Shown one piece after another: positions 19,697 through 30,316 of a stretch of DNA of 64,000 bases (the first letter of the stretch is position 1; each line of letters opens with the position of its first letter). Below the pieces are notes generated by a model, which worked only from the letters and a program-made list of their open reading frames with translations, made no database searches and had not been told where the DNA came from. The stretch comes from a bacterium (GTDB taxonomy: Bacteria > SM23-31). The position numbers and the translations under genes were made by a program. The DNA is taken from NCBI GenBank assembly GCA_965249485.1, contig OZ252239.1:1536001-1600000 (forward strand), read 5' to 3'.

Positions 19697-20836
19697 ATGC
19701 CGGATAAATCATTAATAAACGAAATAACCAGTAAAAACATGCAGACGTGGCTTGATAAACGTGAGTTCGGTCCCTATTGGTTTACCAATTTCTTTGATTT
19801 CGAAGAGATTGATTCCATGGATATTGACGCACTTATCGGTACGATTGGCAGAGCAATCGCTGCAGATGTTTACGCTGAGGATACCAGTACCGGTGTGAAG
19901 TCACGGAAAGCAATCGGCAAATGGCATGGTGAAATACCGATTATCAAGATCGCACGCGATATGTCGGAGCGGGACATTAAGAAATATGAATCACTGAGGA
20001 GCAAAGCGGATGCGGATCAGAACCAGCTTCTGCAGCTCATTTACGGTGATCCTGATTTCTGTGCCCAGGGTCCGTATGAGCGTACGGAATTTCTTGCGCT
20101 CAAAGCTATCTTTCAGCAAGCAATTACGCTGACAAAGGTAAACAATGGTCATGGTGTCATTACCAGCAAGGCGTTCGACTATCAGCTGGCGAAAAATAAT
20201 AAACGTGCCGTCAAGTCCGACCAGACAAATCGTCAGTGGACAAATCCGACTACTGCAAAACCTATCAAAGACATCAAAGATGTTATTGCATATGCAAGAT
20301 CACAAGGTATACGAGGTTTACAATATCTGTTGATGAACGACACGAAGTTTGCAGATTTCATTGCTGCTGACGAGGTAAAGGAAGCCGTGCTGCCGTATAC
20401 CGCCGCTTCAATCGTAAAGGGTGATGTCGCGACTCCGGAACCGTCTGCAGTAGAGGTAAACAAGTATATGGGCGCAAAGAATCTTCCGCAGATAATAGTA
20501 GTTGATTCGAGTATTGAGGTTGAGGATGAGTCACACAACTACCAGACTATTGATCCGACACTGACAGAAACCGACAAGGACAGTATGGTCATCCTTACCA
20601 AAACACTCAAAATGGGCAAGGTGTTCTGGACGAAATCAGTCGATGAATTACGCCAGAATAAGAATATTGCTTACTCGAAAAAGGGACCGGTTCTTGTCAA
20701 GAAGTTCTTCAAGTCGGATGATCCGGTTGCAGAGAGAACGATGGGTATTTTTTGGGGACTTCCCGTACCAACGGTGCTCGATACGATGTTCCGGCTGAAT
20801 ACCGAGAACAACACAGCAACAGGACTCGACTCATAA
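19697..20836 (+). CDS. Major capsid protein (HK97 fold, E-like)
   Basis: 379 aa; AADV...GEIPIIK...WTNPTTAKPIKDI; position. Confidence 0.85.
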   Translation: MPDKSLINEITSKNMQTWLDKREFGPYWFTNFFDFEEIDSMDIDALIGTIGRAIAADVYAEDTSTGVKSRKAIGKWHGEIPIIKIARDMSERDIKKYESLRSKADADQNQLLQLIYGDPDFCAQGPYERTEFLALKAIFQQAITLTKVNNGHGVITSKAFDYQLAKNNKRAVKSDQTNRQWTNPTTAKPIKDIKDVIAYARSQGIRGLQYLLMNDTKFADFIAADEVKEAVLPYTAASIVKGDVATPEPSAVEVNKYMGAKNLPQIIVVDSSIEVEDESHNYQTIDPTLTETDKDSMVILTKTLKMGKVFWTKSVDELRQNKNIAYSKKGPVLVKKFFKSDDPVAERTMGIFWGLPVPTVLDTMFRLNTENNTATGLDS

Positions 20837-20849
20837 AGAGGACTAACCT

Positions 20850-21155
20850 ATGACTGTGCAAGAAGCGCTGCAGGCTGATTTGATGGATATCAATGTGTCT
20901 GATAATCTGCTGACAAAAGTATTGCTTGACAACGAGGTAACGGGCACTGATGCGTATTCGGCGTCTGAAGATCAAAAGAAAAAGATCGATCTGTGCCGTC
21001 GCGACATTTACCTCTATCTCGCTGCTCAGGCTGATTATAAACAGGGTTCGATGGCTATAACGTACAGCGCAGCTCAGTTAATCGCTATGGCGTTTGAAAT
21101 TGAGCAAAAGTACGGCATAGACAGTGCGAAAATATCTGGAGAATCTAAATGGTAG
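20850..21155 (+). CDS. Head-tail adaptor
   Basis: MTVQEAL..., YKQGSMAITYS; follows the capsid gene. Confidence 0.7.
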   Translation: MTVQEALQADLMDINVSDNLLTKVLLDNEVTGTDAYSASEDQKKKIDLCRRDIYLYLAAQADYKQGSMAITYSAAQLIAMAFEIEQKYGIDSAKISGESKW

Positions 21156-21457
21156 TGGAACAGTTTCCGCAGACTGCGGTTATCACGTGGAATGGTGCCG
21201 GGACACAAGATTCAAATGGAGTGTATACCGAAGGTGCTGAATCATCTGTCACTATAGAATGTGATGTACAGCCGAAGTCCGGACGCATTATCACTGGTCC
21301 CGATAAGGATGATTTAAAGCACAATTGGCTGGTATACTGTGAGAAATTTGCTCAGGCTCCATCGGTACCGGCAGGAGCGGAGATTTCGTTTCTTGGATTG
21401 GATTTTAAGATTATACAGATATTTTCGTATGCAAACCATGTAGAGATTAAATGTTAA
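21149..21457 (+). CDS. Head closure/stopper
   Basis: Size and synteny; QDSNG..., IECDVQP. Confidence 0.65.
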   Translation: MVVEQFPQTAVITWNGAGTQDSNGVYTEGAESSVTIECDVQPKSGRIITGPDKDDLKHNWLVYCEKFAQAPSVPAGAEISFLGLDFKIIQIFSYANHVEIKC

Positions 21458-21901
21458 ATGGGTAAGTCACTGATACCGGCATTCAGCCTTAACAGGATAT
21501 TTGACAATATCAATGATTTAGCAGATGCCCGGACAAAAGAGACAATTGAGGTATTCAGCTATGTTGGTACGCAATTCGTCAATGATATGCGGACAAACGG
21601 AGAATATGATGATCATTCGGGCAATTTAAGGAGCTCTACCGGTTATATCGTCCTGGTTGACGGCGATATCGTTAAGAGGTTTGTCAAAACGGCTAATAAA
21701 GATGATGGCGGAGATGGTAAAAAGGTTGCGAATGACCTCATTGAACGGTTAAGGGCTGAATTCAGGGAAGGCATTATGCTTGTGGTGTTTGCCGGGATGG
21801 AATATGCAGCAGCTGTTGAAGCACACGGCAAAGATGTGCTCACGGGAAGTTCCGAACGGGCGGGAGCATTGTTAAAAGAACTATTGAGTGAGGGACAATG
21901 A
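21458..21901 (+). CDS. HK97 gp10-like neck protein
   Basis: YDDHSGNLRSSTGY, AGMEYAAAVE. Confidence 0.8.
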   Translation: MGKSLIPAFSLNRIFDNINDLADARTKETIEVFSYVGTQFVNDMRTNGEYDDHSGNLRSSTGYIVLVDGDIVKRFVKTANKDDGGDGKKVANDLIERLRAEFREGIMLVVFAGMEYAAAVEAHGKDVLTGSSERAGALLKELLSEGQ

Positions 21902-22305
21902 AAACGACGTGGGACATAATGAATTTTCTCTACCCGATAATTAATGCGGCTTCTGTAACGAGCCTCATTGACGGGGAGGTGTACCGTGAGAAAAAGCCGG
22001 TTAATTCGGAGCTGCAGGACATAGTGATTAAGCCATTGACAAATAATGATGTCGGCGATGTAGCGCAGGAATCAACAGTCAATATTAATATCTATTGTAA
22101 AAAACTAAAAGAAGGGATGTTCAACGAGACTAAGCTGAAGGAAATAACCGATGCTGTTATCACTGAATTGGAAGCATATGTGAATGCGTCAAATGATTAT
22201 TTCGATTTTGATATAGTCTCACAGAAACCCTTTGATGATAAAGATAACGAAAAAATGTCATTCAATAATATTCGATTAGAATGTGTAATCGGAAATAACA
22301 CGTAA
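21898..22305 (+). CDS. Tail terminator
   Basis: IDGEVY..KPVNS.LQDIVI, VNINIY; synteny. Confidence 0.7.
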   Translation: MKTTWDIMNFLYPIINAASVTSLIDGEVYREKKPVNSELQDIVIKPLTNNDVGDVAQESTVNINIYCKKLKEGMFNETKLKEITDAVITELEAYVNASNDYFDFDIVSQKPFDDKDNEKMSFNNIRLECVIGNNT

Positions 22306-22317
22306 GGAGATGTAGCT

Positions 22318-22833
22318 ATGCCTACCAACAAACGCTTAGTCGGGTTGACATCGATACGGATCGGGGATGCAATATCGGATGGGATGCCGACTTCTGCGAA
22401 CCTTCAGTCGATCCAGTATATCGTGCCTGACTCGGCAGTAATTAATTTCGAACCTCATGATTCAACACAGCTGTTCGTTGAAGAATCGGATGATCCGGAT
22501 ATTGAACTCTTGACTGCCGGATTAAAAACCATTGAATTCGCAACACGCGATATCAGCAATGAAGTGTTGATATGGGCGTTCGGCGGAACATCGTCAACTA
22601 CAACGGTCTGGAAATCTTCTTCATCTGCACCGACCACAAAGGAAGTGGCAGTAGAGATGATTTCGAAAACGATCAACAGCGCGAAGGTGAAATTTGAGGT
22701 CGCACGGGCATCACTGAGAGCGAGCGCAACACTCAGGTATTCAAAGGTGAATTCCGGAGAAATCGGGTTTGCGCTGACGATCCTGACGCCCACAAATGGT
22801 ACGACGGTACCGATTAAACGGACATTTGTTTAA
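22318..22833 (+). CDS. Major tail tube protein
   Basis: GLTSIRIG...FVEESDDP...FGGT; synteny. Confidence 0.8.
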   Translation: MPTNKRLVGLTSIRIGDAISDGMPTSANLQSIQYIVPDSAVINFEPHDSTQLFVEESDDPDIELLTAGLKTIEFATRDISNEVLIWAFGGTSSTTTVWKSSSSAPTTKEVAVEMISKTINSAKVKFEVARASLRASATLRYSKVNSGEIGFALTILTPTNGTTVPIKRTFV

Positions 22834-22843
22834 TAGTTAAATA

Positions 22844-23419
22844 ATGGGAGGCAATGTGGCCGAAGACAAAACTGAAGCAGTGGTCGATGAAAAGAAAGCT
22901 GTTCCCCGAGTTGTTAATACTCTTATTGACGAAGGAGTATCTTTTCAAGTAGAACTGAACCGGAAAAGTGTTTGGAATAGGATCCGTTTACTCCGTTTCG
23001 GACTGAAAGCCTTTAAGATGTCCGAAGTCGAATTTACAATACATCCGATATCCCTTGGAACGCTCTTGAAAATTTCGAAGATACTTGTCGAAATGGAAGT
23101 TCCCGGTGTTGATGGCAATGCTACTTCAATCCTTGACATCACAGCTCACAGCGTAGTGGCACACAAGGATCATATGGTAAGGATTATTGCCTATGCGTTA
23201 GTGAATGAGAGAAGGGAACCGCCGAATAGCCTGATCAGGCTCCTTGACGATAATCTATCATCAAAAGAATTGTTGCAGGTGCTGATTCAGGTTGTTCGGC
23301 AAATGGATGTAACAGATTTTTTAGCATGTATCGTCTCGATGAAACAGAATCTCCAGATAGTCGCGACGAACCAGACGAATCAAGAGGAAACCTCTGGAGG
23401 ATCATCGGAAGCTACATGA
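22844..23419 (+). CDS. Tail assembly chaperone (G)
   Basis: Lies between tail tube and tape measure genes; slippery T-TTT-TTA at 23317-23323. Confidence 0.75.
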   Translation: MGGNVAEDKTEAVVDEKKAVPRVVNTLIDEGVSFQVELNRKSVWNRIRLLRFGLKAFKMSEVEFTIHPISLGTLLKISKILVEMEVPGVDGNATSILDITAHSVVAHKDHMVRIIAYALVNERREPPNSLIRLLDDNLSSKELLQVLIQVVRQMDVTDFLACIVSMKQNLQIVATNQTNQEETSGGSSEAT

Positions 23420-23577
23420 GCCATTTTCATTTTGGCTTACAGCACATATTGTGGAACGTCAGCTGGGCTAATATGTTGATGTTCTCCGTGAGTGTTCCGA
23501 GGATCGGTGAGGACAAGTCTGATAAAGTTAAAGAGATCGACGATTTCAGCGAATTGGATGGGTATTTTAATGACTAA
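23317..23577 (+). CDS. Tail assembly chaperone -1 frameshift extension (T)
   Basis: -1 frame open from the slippery heptamer; ILWNVSWANMLM motif. Confidence 0.6.
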   Translation, partial: FFSMYRLDETESPDSRDEPDESRGNLWRIIGSYMSHFHFGLQHILWNVSWANMLMFSVSVPRIGEDKSDKVKEIDDFSELDGYFND

Positions 23578-24796
23578 AAAGATTGGACTTAACTTGGGAG
23601 TTGCTGAATTTGATCCTGAGGAAAAGCCGGTTGTAAGCATTTGTATGATCGTTAAGAACGCAGAAGATGACCTTGTGCGTTGTCTGGACTCGTTTTTGCC
23701 GATTATCGCCCGTCCGATGTGCGAGCTGATCATTGTTGATACCGGATCGACTGATCATACGCTCGATGTTGCGTACAGCTATACCGATAAGGTGTTTCAC
23801 TATGAATGGAATGACGACTTTTCAGCGGCGCGCAATTTCGCAATATCACACGCAAGCGGTAAATGGATCATGACCGTAGATGCTGACGAGGCATTAAAGC
23901 AGGAATCGCTTTATAACCTTATGGCAGTATTCGGGATGGAAGATTTAGAGGTAAACACTATGTTGCTCCGGATCAGGAACTTCGGGACTCAGGACAGAAA
24001 ACAGTATTCTGATATGATGCATCCGAGAATATTCCGGAATGACGGTTCGTTTCATTATCACGGGAAAATCCATAACAAACCAGCCGGAAAACCGCCTCAC
24101 CTGTTCCTAAAGAACGTGATATTCTTTCATTATGGATATATGTTCGATGATGAAGAACTGCTGGAGAAGAAGAGCAACCGGAGCCTGCCATTGCTGCAGG
24201 AAGCCTATAGTGATGATCCTAATGATCTTCATACCCTTCTTCATTTGATTAAGACACATTTCAGCATGCACAATTGGAAAGAAGTTGTGAAGCTGGAAAA
24301 GAGATGGAACAAACAAATGAGGAAGGCTAAATTCCATGATGGATGGTACGCTTATCTTGAGGGATTTATAGATATCCTGAGTTCTCATTTGTTCCTGGGC
24401 GATACCAAAAGTGCATTACGTTCTCAGAAGGAAACCGAGAGGTATTCCAAAAAGATAACCAGCATTTATTTAATGCTTGGAAATCATTGTAACAGCCGGG
24501 ATATCGAGAAAGCACGGGAGTATTTTGAGAAGGCAATTGATTCCTCACGTCAAGAACGGTCTGATTATGAAAAACTGCTCGCGAATGACGGGAGAAAAGG
24601 TGTAGCGCACGCATATAACTGGCTTTCAATTTACTGGTACTCAAAGGGAGATTTGGAAAAGTCCGGAGAATATATGAATGCCGGTATCATGCTCAGCAAA
24701 AATAACGAAATGCAATTCAGGTGGGATGTATGGAATGATCCCCTTATACAACAAGTAAAGGAAAAAAAACATGAACAGAACCGAAAAGCGGGCTAA
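23570..24796 (+). CDS. GT2 family glycosyltransferase with TPR-like C-terminus
   Basis: SICMIVKN, IVDTGSTD, WNDDFSAARN, VDADE (DxD), HYGY; helical C-terminus. Confidence 0.9.
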   Translation: MTKKIGLNLGVAEFDPEEKPVVSICMIVKNAEDDLVRCLDSFLPIIARPMCELIIVDTGSTDHTLDVAYSYTDKVFHYEWNDDFSAARNFAISHASGKWIMTVDADEALKQESLYNLMAVFGMEDLEVNTMLLRIRNFGTQDRKQYSDMMHPRIFRNDGSFHYHGKIHNKPAGKPPHLFLKNVIFFHYGYMFDDEELLEKKSNRSLPLLQEAYSDDPNDLHTLLHLIKTHFSMHNWKEVVKLEKRWNKQMRKAKFHDGWYAYLEGFIDILSSHLFLGDTKSALRSQKETERYSKKITSIYLMLGNHCNSRDIEKAREYFEKAIDSSRQERSDYEKLLANDGRKGVAHAYNWLSIYWYSKGDLEKSGEYMNAGIMLSKNNEMQFRWDVWNDPLIQQVKEKKHEQNRKAG

Positions 24797-25145
24797 GGAA
24801 GCCGTTGAAAAATTCTTTGAAGCATGGAGAGATAAAGACTGGATCGGGATGCATCAGCAGTGCCAGACGACGTGGCTTTTTAACCATCCAGATTATCTCC
24901 AGTGGCTTGAAACGCATCTCGGGGAATGCTCAATTGAGAGCTTCACAATTGACAGGATTGTCCGGCGGGGCGAATCAAGCAGGATTGCTCATGTAACAGT
25001 GAAAATCGCGGGAGAAGGAAAGAAGCTAAAGAAACTGAAAATCGATGCATCGGTTGTCAGTGAAGCGGGTCCTAACAGACCTGTTGAAGACGGCCATTGG
25101 GGCATCAATCCTACAACAGTGTTAAACATCGTACCGGGAGAATAA
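24771..25145 (+). CDS. Hypothetical protein (NTF2/DUF4878-like)
   Basis: AVEKFFEAW..KDW..M pattern; operon context. Confidence 0.6.
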   Translation: MNRTEKRAKEAVEKFFEAWRDKDWIGMHQQCQTTWLFNHPDYLQWLETHLGECSIESFTIDRIVRRGESSRIAHVTVKIAGEGKKLKKLKIDASVVSEAGPNRPVEDGHWGINPTTVLNIVPGE

Positions 25146-28100
25146 ATGGCGTTAAAAACCGACAAATCATTGATCTGGAATGCAGACCTCAATGTGGCAG
25201 GTCTTAAACGTGGTATTGCCGATACAAAGGGGTTATTGGCTGGACTTTCCAAAAAGGTTACAGCGTTGGATGTTTTTGCAGGTGTGGGGCTATCTGCCAC
25301 AGTAGCGTTCGGCATCGTTTCAAAAAAGGCATATGAAGCGTCTAAGGAATTCGAAACCGCCATGAAGGAAGTAGAGACGATATCCGATGCAGTGAAAACG
25401 AATTTTAAGGGGATTTCGCAGGCAGTAGTCGATTTATCAACGGAAGTTCCGGAACAGGCCACACAATTAACCAATGCCCTCTATCAGATTGTTTCTGCTG
25501 GGAATGATGGCGCGGATGCGCTTGCTGTTTTGAAAGCATCAGCGAAGGCAGCTGTTGGTGGCGTGACCGAAACAGAGACGGCAGCTGATGGTCTAACAAC
25601 TGTCCTCAATGCATTCGGCAAGGAGTCAACAGAGGTCAACAGGGTAGCTGATATCATGTTCCAGACGGTCAAGCTCGGCAAGACAACATTCGGAGAATTG
25701 TCGCAGAACATTGCAACCGCAGCTCCCCTTGCTGCAAGTGCAAATGTCGAATTTGAACAACTTGCCGCAGCTGTTGCGACATTGACAAAGCAGGGTCATC
25801 CAACATCTGTTGCAATGACGCAAATCCGCGCTGCTATTCTTGCGCTCAATGACAATCTTGGGGATGGCTGGGCTAATACCTTGACCCTGCAGGATGCCAT
25901 GCAGCAATTGCGCGATGCTGCTGGAGGCAGTCAGGTAGAATTAAGAAATCTGGTTCCTCGTGTCGAAGCCATGAGTGGTGTACTCGGGCTGACAGGTAAA
26001 AATGCCAGAGGTGCTGCAGAAGATTTGCGTGCAATGGAGAACAGTGCAGGATCAGCAGAAGAAGCGTTCAGAACTATGGTTGAATCTACGGAAAATCAGC
26101 TTGCAATTCTGGCAAATAATTTTGCTGCAAAATTAAAGCCGTTGGGTGATTTTATATTAGATTTCGTGGGAGATATCACAGGATCAATTAATGAAGTTGT
26201 TTTCGCAGCCGGAAACGAATTTGACAGGTATTCTAATACGCTTGAGAATATGGCAGATGTCATGCGAAAAAGAAGCACCGACATCAAAGGATATATTTCG
26301 ATAATTGAGGAGCTTTCTGAAAAACAGGAAAGGACGGCAACCGAGGCAGCAAATTTAAAAACAGCAAAAGAAGCACTCTTAATATTGTTGCCAGACGTAA
26401 AAAAAGAATGGGATGACGAGAAAACAGCTATTGAGAATTTGATAATTGCCAAAGAAGCCCTTGAGCGGTTTGAGACAAGAACGGTTGAGCTAATGAGACA
26501 GTCCGCTATATCACGCAAAGAATCGTTAGAAGAACAGATTCAGCAAGAGAAGGAGAGAAATAAGGAGGCTCTTAAAATAGCCAGAGAATTTCACGAGAAA
26601 ACAGCCCATGAAAGAGAAGTCGGCATTGAAAATCTTACTAAGTTTGTACAAGAGGTGAAGGATGGGACTGCGGATCTCGAAAACTCAGTTATTGGATACA
26701 CTAAAGCATATAATAACGAAATTAAAGAAATAGCAGATTCTTTTAAAAGTGGGGATATTGATTTAGATGAAGTTACCAGACGAGTAACAGCTATAGCTAA
26801 CGAAACAATCTTGCGAACCTCAGGTTTGGCAAGAGGATTTAAAGAAGCCAATAAGACAATTGATCAAACGAATGACAACGTAAGAAATATGGATGCTGAA
26901 TTATTTCTGGTCGATCAATCGTTAATAACTTTTGAAAAGAGATTATCCGGAGTTGAAGATGGCATTAAAGACCTTGGGGATGCAGCAGAAAGTATCGAGC
27001 TTGTACCTAAATTCGATCCGGACAAGGAGCTTGAAAACATAGAAAAGGGCTTTAGAGAATTTCAGGATTCTTCTAATGATTTATTTGATAGGATTCCTAA
27101 AGATGTTCAGGAAGAACTTCAGCAATCGTGGTTTGATCCGGAACAAACCATTAAAGCCCTTGATGAATTAAGTGCTAAAATCAAAGAAAAAGGTGGTGAG
27201 AATAGCAAGATCCTCGAGGCAATTGCGGAACTGAGACTTAAAGCAATTTATAAAAGGGAAGAGATCCGAAAGCTGGAAGAGGAAAATGATCAAAAGGCTC
27301 AGGCTAAAGAGGAAAGAAGAAAAAAGAATTTTAATAAAGCGGTTGCTACTGAACGGGAGAACGAGATTGCTCGAATCAATGAAGATTATGATCAACAAAT
27401 AAAAGATAATGAAGGATTTATTGATGAAATTGAACAATTAGAGGAGGCTCGAGCAAGGAAACTCAGTGAAGCTCAGTTGAGGCACGTCTCTCAAGATTTC
27501 GTTGAGCAAGTAAAAGATGCTGCTCGACAGATTGGCCGGGAGGTGACTGAGAAGAATTTACGAGATTATATAGCTACTTTAAAACGAATGAAGGTGACGT
27601 ATGCTGATTATGCCGATATCATATTAGAATTAAATGAAAAGATTAAAGCTGCTGAACAACAGATCGGACAGATTCGGGAAGATAAAATCCTTGACCTCAT
27701 AGGCGGGCTTACTAATCTCGCTGCGATTGTTAGCGAAATAGATTCAAGTGCTGGTAAGATGATTCAAACACTTGCTAATTCAGCGCAGGTTATTAACGGT
27801 ATTGGCAAAGCAGGACTCGACAGTTTCACCGGGATCACCGGAGCAATTGGCGGTGTCTTATCTATTGGCAAGAGTCTTATAGGTCTCTTTGGCGGGGGAG
27901 ATGAAGAATCAGGAATTGAAAAAGCACTGAGAAAATTTCAAGAGAATCTAACAGCTAACTTAAACAGGCTGAGTAACGCACTCGATGGTCTGCAATTGAA
28001 AAGAATAATCATTTTCGGTGAGGATGATATAGAGGTTTTGCGTGAGATGATTGAGCTTACGGAAGAATTGGCTGATATCCCTATCACCGGTTCCACGGTA

Positions 28101-28775
28101 GAAGAAGTACAGGCGGCAATTCAGAGAAATATTGATGCGAAAGACAGCTTGAGACAGCTGCAGGAGGAACTATCAGAAATTCTTACCGGGACATCGATTC
28201 CAGAGCTTGGTGCAACGTTAGTTGATCAGTTTATTCAGGGGAAACATGCAGTTGAGGATTTTGGAGAAACAATTGAAGATGTGATTAAAAATGCTCTGCG
28301 AAACAGTTTTGAAAGGTCTGTCATTACAAATTTTGTAGAGGACTGGCAAAAAGAGTTTCTACGATTGACGGAGAGCGGAGGAGGATTAACAAGCTTCGAG
28401 ATCAATAAACTTCGAGATTCATATGTCGAAATGGCTGAGGCAGCAGCGGTGGATTTTGAAGCGCTGCAACAAATATTAGAATCTGCCGGACTTCAACGAT
28501 TCGGAATAGAGGATATAGAACAAAGAACAGGTTTAGCCGGAGCTGTAAAGGGAATCCAAGAAGATACTGCGGGATTAATAGCAGGACAGCTTACCGGCAT
28601 GAGAATCAGCCAAATCGATTTATTATCTATAGCCGAAGATAATCTGCGCCAAAATGAACGAACAGCTGACAACACTGATATTGCTAATAGAAAACTCTCA
28701 AATATAGAGAATTTAATGCAGCAATTAATATCACCTGATTCACTTTCAGATTGGGAAAAATCACAAGGAGGTTAA
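25146..28775 (+). CDS. Tail tape measure protein (TP901 family)
   Basis: 1209 aa; ALYQIVSAG, QTVKLGKTTFGEL. Confidence 0.93.
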   Translation: MALKTDKSLIWNADLNVAGLKRGIADTKGLLAGLSKKVTALDVFAGVGLSATVAFGIVSKKAYEASKEFETAMKEVETISDAVKTNFKGISQAVVDLSTEVPEQATQLTNALYQIVSAGNDGADALAVLKASAKAAVGGVTETETAADGLTTVLNAFGKESTEVNRVADIMFQTVKLGKTTFGELSQNIATAAPLAASANVEFEQLAAAVATLTKQGHPTSVAMTQIRAAILALNDNLGDGWANTLTLQDAMQQLRDAAGGSQVELRNLVPRVEAMSGVLGLTGKNARGAAEDLRAMENSAGSAEEAFRTMVESTENQLAILANNFAAKLKPLGDFILDFVGDITGSINEVVFAAGNEFDRYSNTLENMADVMRKRSTDIKGYISIIEELSEKQERTATEAANLKTAKEALLILLPDVKKEWDDEKTAIENLIIAKEALERFETRTVELMRQSAISRKESLEEQIQQEKERNKEALKIAREFHEKTAHEREVGIENLTKFVQEVKDGTADLENSVIGYTKAYNNEIKEIADSFKSGDIDLDEVTRRVTAIANETILRTSGLARGFKEANKTIDQTNDNVRNMDAELFLVDQSLITFEKRLSGVEDGIKDLGDAAESIELVPKFDPDKELENIEKGFREFQDSSNDLFDRIPKDVQEELQQSWFDPEQTIKALDELSAKIKEKGGENSKILEAIAELRLKAIYKREEIRKLEEENDQKAQAKEERRKKNFNKAVATERENEIARINEDYDQQIKDNEGFIDEIEQLEEARARKLSEAQLRHVSQDFVEQVKDAARQIGREVTEKNLRDYIATLKRMKVTYADYADIILELNEKIKAAEQQIGQIREDKILDLIGGLTNLAAIVSEIDSSAGKMIQTLANSAQVINGIGKAGLDSFTGITGAIGGVLSIGKSLIGLFGGGDEESGIEKALRKFQENLTANLNRLSNALDGLQLKRIIIFGEDDIEVLREMIELTEELADIPITGSTVEEVQAAIQRNIDAKDSLRQLQEELSEILTGTSIPELGATLVDQFIQGKHAVEDFGETIEDVIKNALRNSFERSVITNFVEDWQKEFLRLTESGGGLTSFEINKLRDSYVEMAEAAAVDFEALQQILESAGLQRFGIEDIEQRTGLAGAVKGIQEDTAGLIAGQLTGMRISQIDLLSIAEDNLRQNERTADNTDIANRKLSNIENLMQQLISPDSLSDWEKSQGG

Positions 28776-28942
28776 CAGTGTTACTTTATGAATATCTGGA
28801 AAAATTTGAAAAGCAGTTGGAAGGTGTAAGCAAATCAATACGAGTGTTAAAGGGGCTATCTCAAGTCGAAATTCATCATATGAAAAATCTACGAACAAAG
28901 GAATTTCCGATTTTACCAAGCAATAATTAATAGGATTGATCT

Positions 28943-30316
28943 ATGGTTTATGCAATTGATGGCATTGATTTTAATACAGAGTATGGCATACGTATCGAAA
29001 GGACATCCGGTCTATTAGACCTTCCGAAGCGAAAAGGAGATACCGCTCAGGATTGGCCTGATTCAGACGGGGAAGATCCTTTTGTAGACCCTACTGATAT
29101 TTACAGCGATGCACGTGATATCATGCTTCATTGCTATGTAAGGGCAGATTCTGAAGTAGATTTGCTGGATAAGCTGAATAAACTCAGGCAAAAATTAAAT
29201 CAAGAGGGTCTGCATTCTTTAGGCACACCGCATTATCCGGAACCACTTCAAGTATATTGCAAGCATGGATTTTCTTTTGTTCGATTGACTAAGTTAAACC
29301 GAAATGGGAAAGTAATTGGTAAGATCCTGTTAAAACTGCGTGAACCGGTTCCTTTGATTTCTCCAGAAATTGTTGCCCCGGCTATCACACCCGGCAACGG
29401 GATAAGTGAAACGGGTCTGGTCGGGTACTTCCCTCTTAATCTGGATACAAAAGATTATTCCGAATCCTTAACTCCCGGGACAGTGGAAGGAACAACTACT
29501 CAAAAATCGGGCAATATAGATGTAAAGCTCGGTGGAGGGGCTTTAGATTTTACAACTGATGCTCTTGTTGCTATAGATTCGACCCTTACGAATGAACTTG
29601 CTTCAAATACTGCAGGAGCAATCGAATTCTATTATAAACCGGACGACGCGACACCTCTATCTGATCAGTGCATTATCGGATTTGGGGACACAAATGCCAA
29701 TGAGTGTATTGCTGTCCGGATAAAAACTGATGGCAAACTGGAAGTCACGGTTATTGATGCAGGAGTAACCGCATGGATATTGGAGACCGATACAGCCGCT
29801 TTCTCTGATGCCGCGTGGGCTCATATCTTAATTGTGCAGGATGGTACTTCACCGGTGATATATGTTGATGGGATTGCACCTGCACAGACCTTTACAAATC
29901 AGACCGACAAGACTAAATGGTTTAATGATTGTGCCGGATTAGATACCGGGAATATCGGGTGCTTGGATTTTAATACACTTGGCAATGCGGAGTGGCTTGA
30001 AGGTGTGGTTGATGAAGTTAAATTTTACAATGCCGCACTGACCGCAGCTCAGGTTCTGGATCGGTGTAATTACCCGAAACGGTACAGCAATCCTGTCAAT
30101 ATTAACACTGATATCACCACAGCCACTGAAATCACAATCAAAAGCATTCATCCGGATGCAACTATCAGATATACGACTGATGGAACGGGTCCTACCGCCA
30201 CAAATGGTACGACCTATTCGGCGCCATTCACACTACCATCATCAAAAGTTATAAAGGCGATCGCTATTCTTAACGATGAAGCTTCAACAATCGCGACAGA
30301 GGTGTTTGTAATATAA
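28943..30316 (+). CDS. Distal tail protein with LamG and FN3-associated domains
   Basis: N-terminal LLDLPKRK...DWPDSDGED; LamG WAHI...VDEVKFYNAALT; IRYTTDGT.P. Confidence 0.75.
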   Translation: MVYAIDGIDFNTEYGIRIERTSGLLDLPKRKGDTAQDWPDSDGEDPFVDPTDIYSDARDIMLHCYVRADSEVDLLDKLNKLRQKLNQEGLHSLGTPHYPEPLQVYCKHGFSFVRLTKLNRNGKVIGKILLKLREPVPLISPEIVAPAITPGNGISETGLVGYFPLNLDTKDYSESLTPGTVEGTTTQKSGNIDVKLGGGALDFTTDALVAIDSTLTNELASNTAGAIEFYYKPDDATPLSDQCIIGFGDTNANECIAVRIKTDGKLEVTVIDAGVTAWILETDTAAFSDAAWAHILIVQDGTSPVIYVDGIAPAQTFTNQTDKTKWFNDCAGLDTGNIGCLDFNTLGNAEWLEGVVDEVKFYNAALTAAQVLDRCNYPKRYSNPVNINTDITTATEITIKSIHPDATIRYTTDGTGPTATNGTTYSAPFTLPSSKVIKAIAILNDEASTIATEVFVI

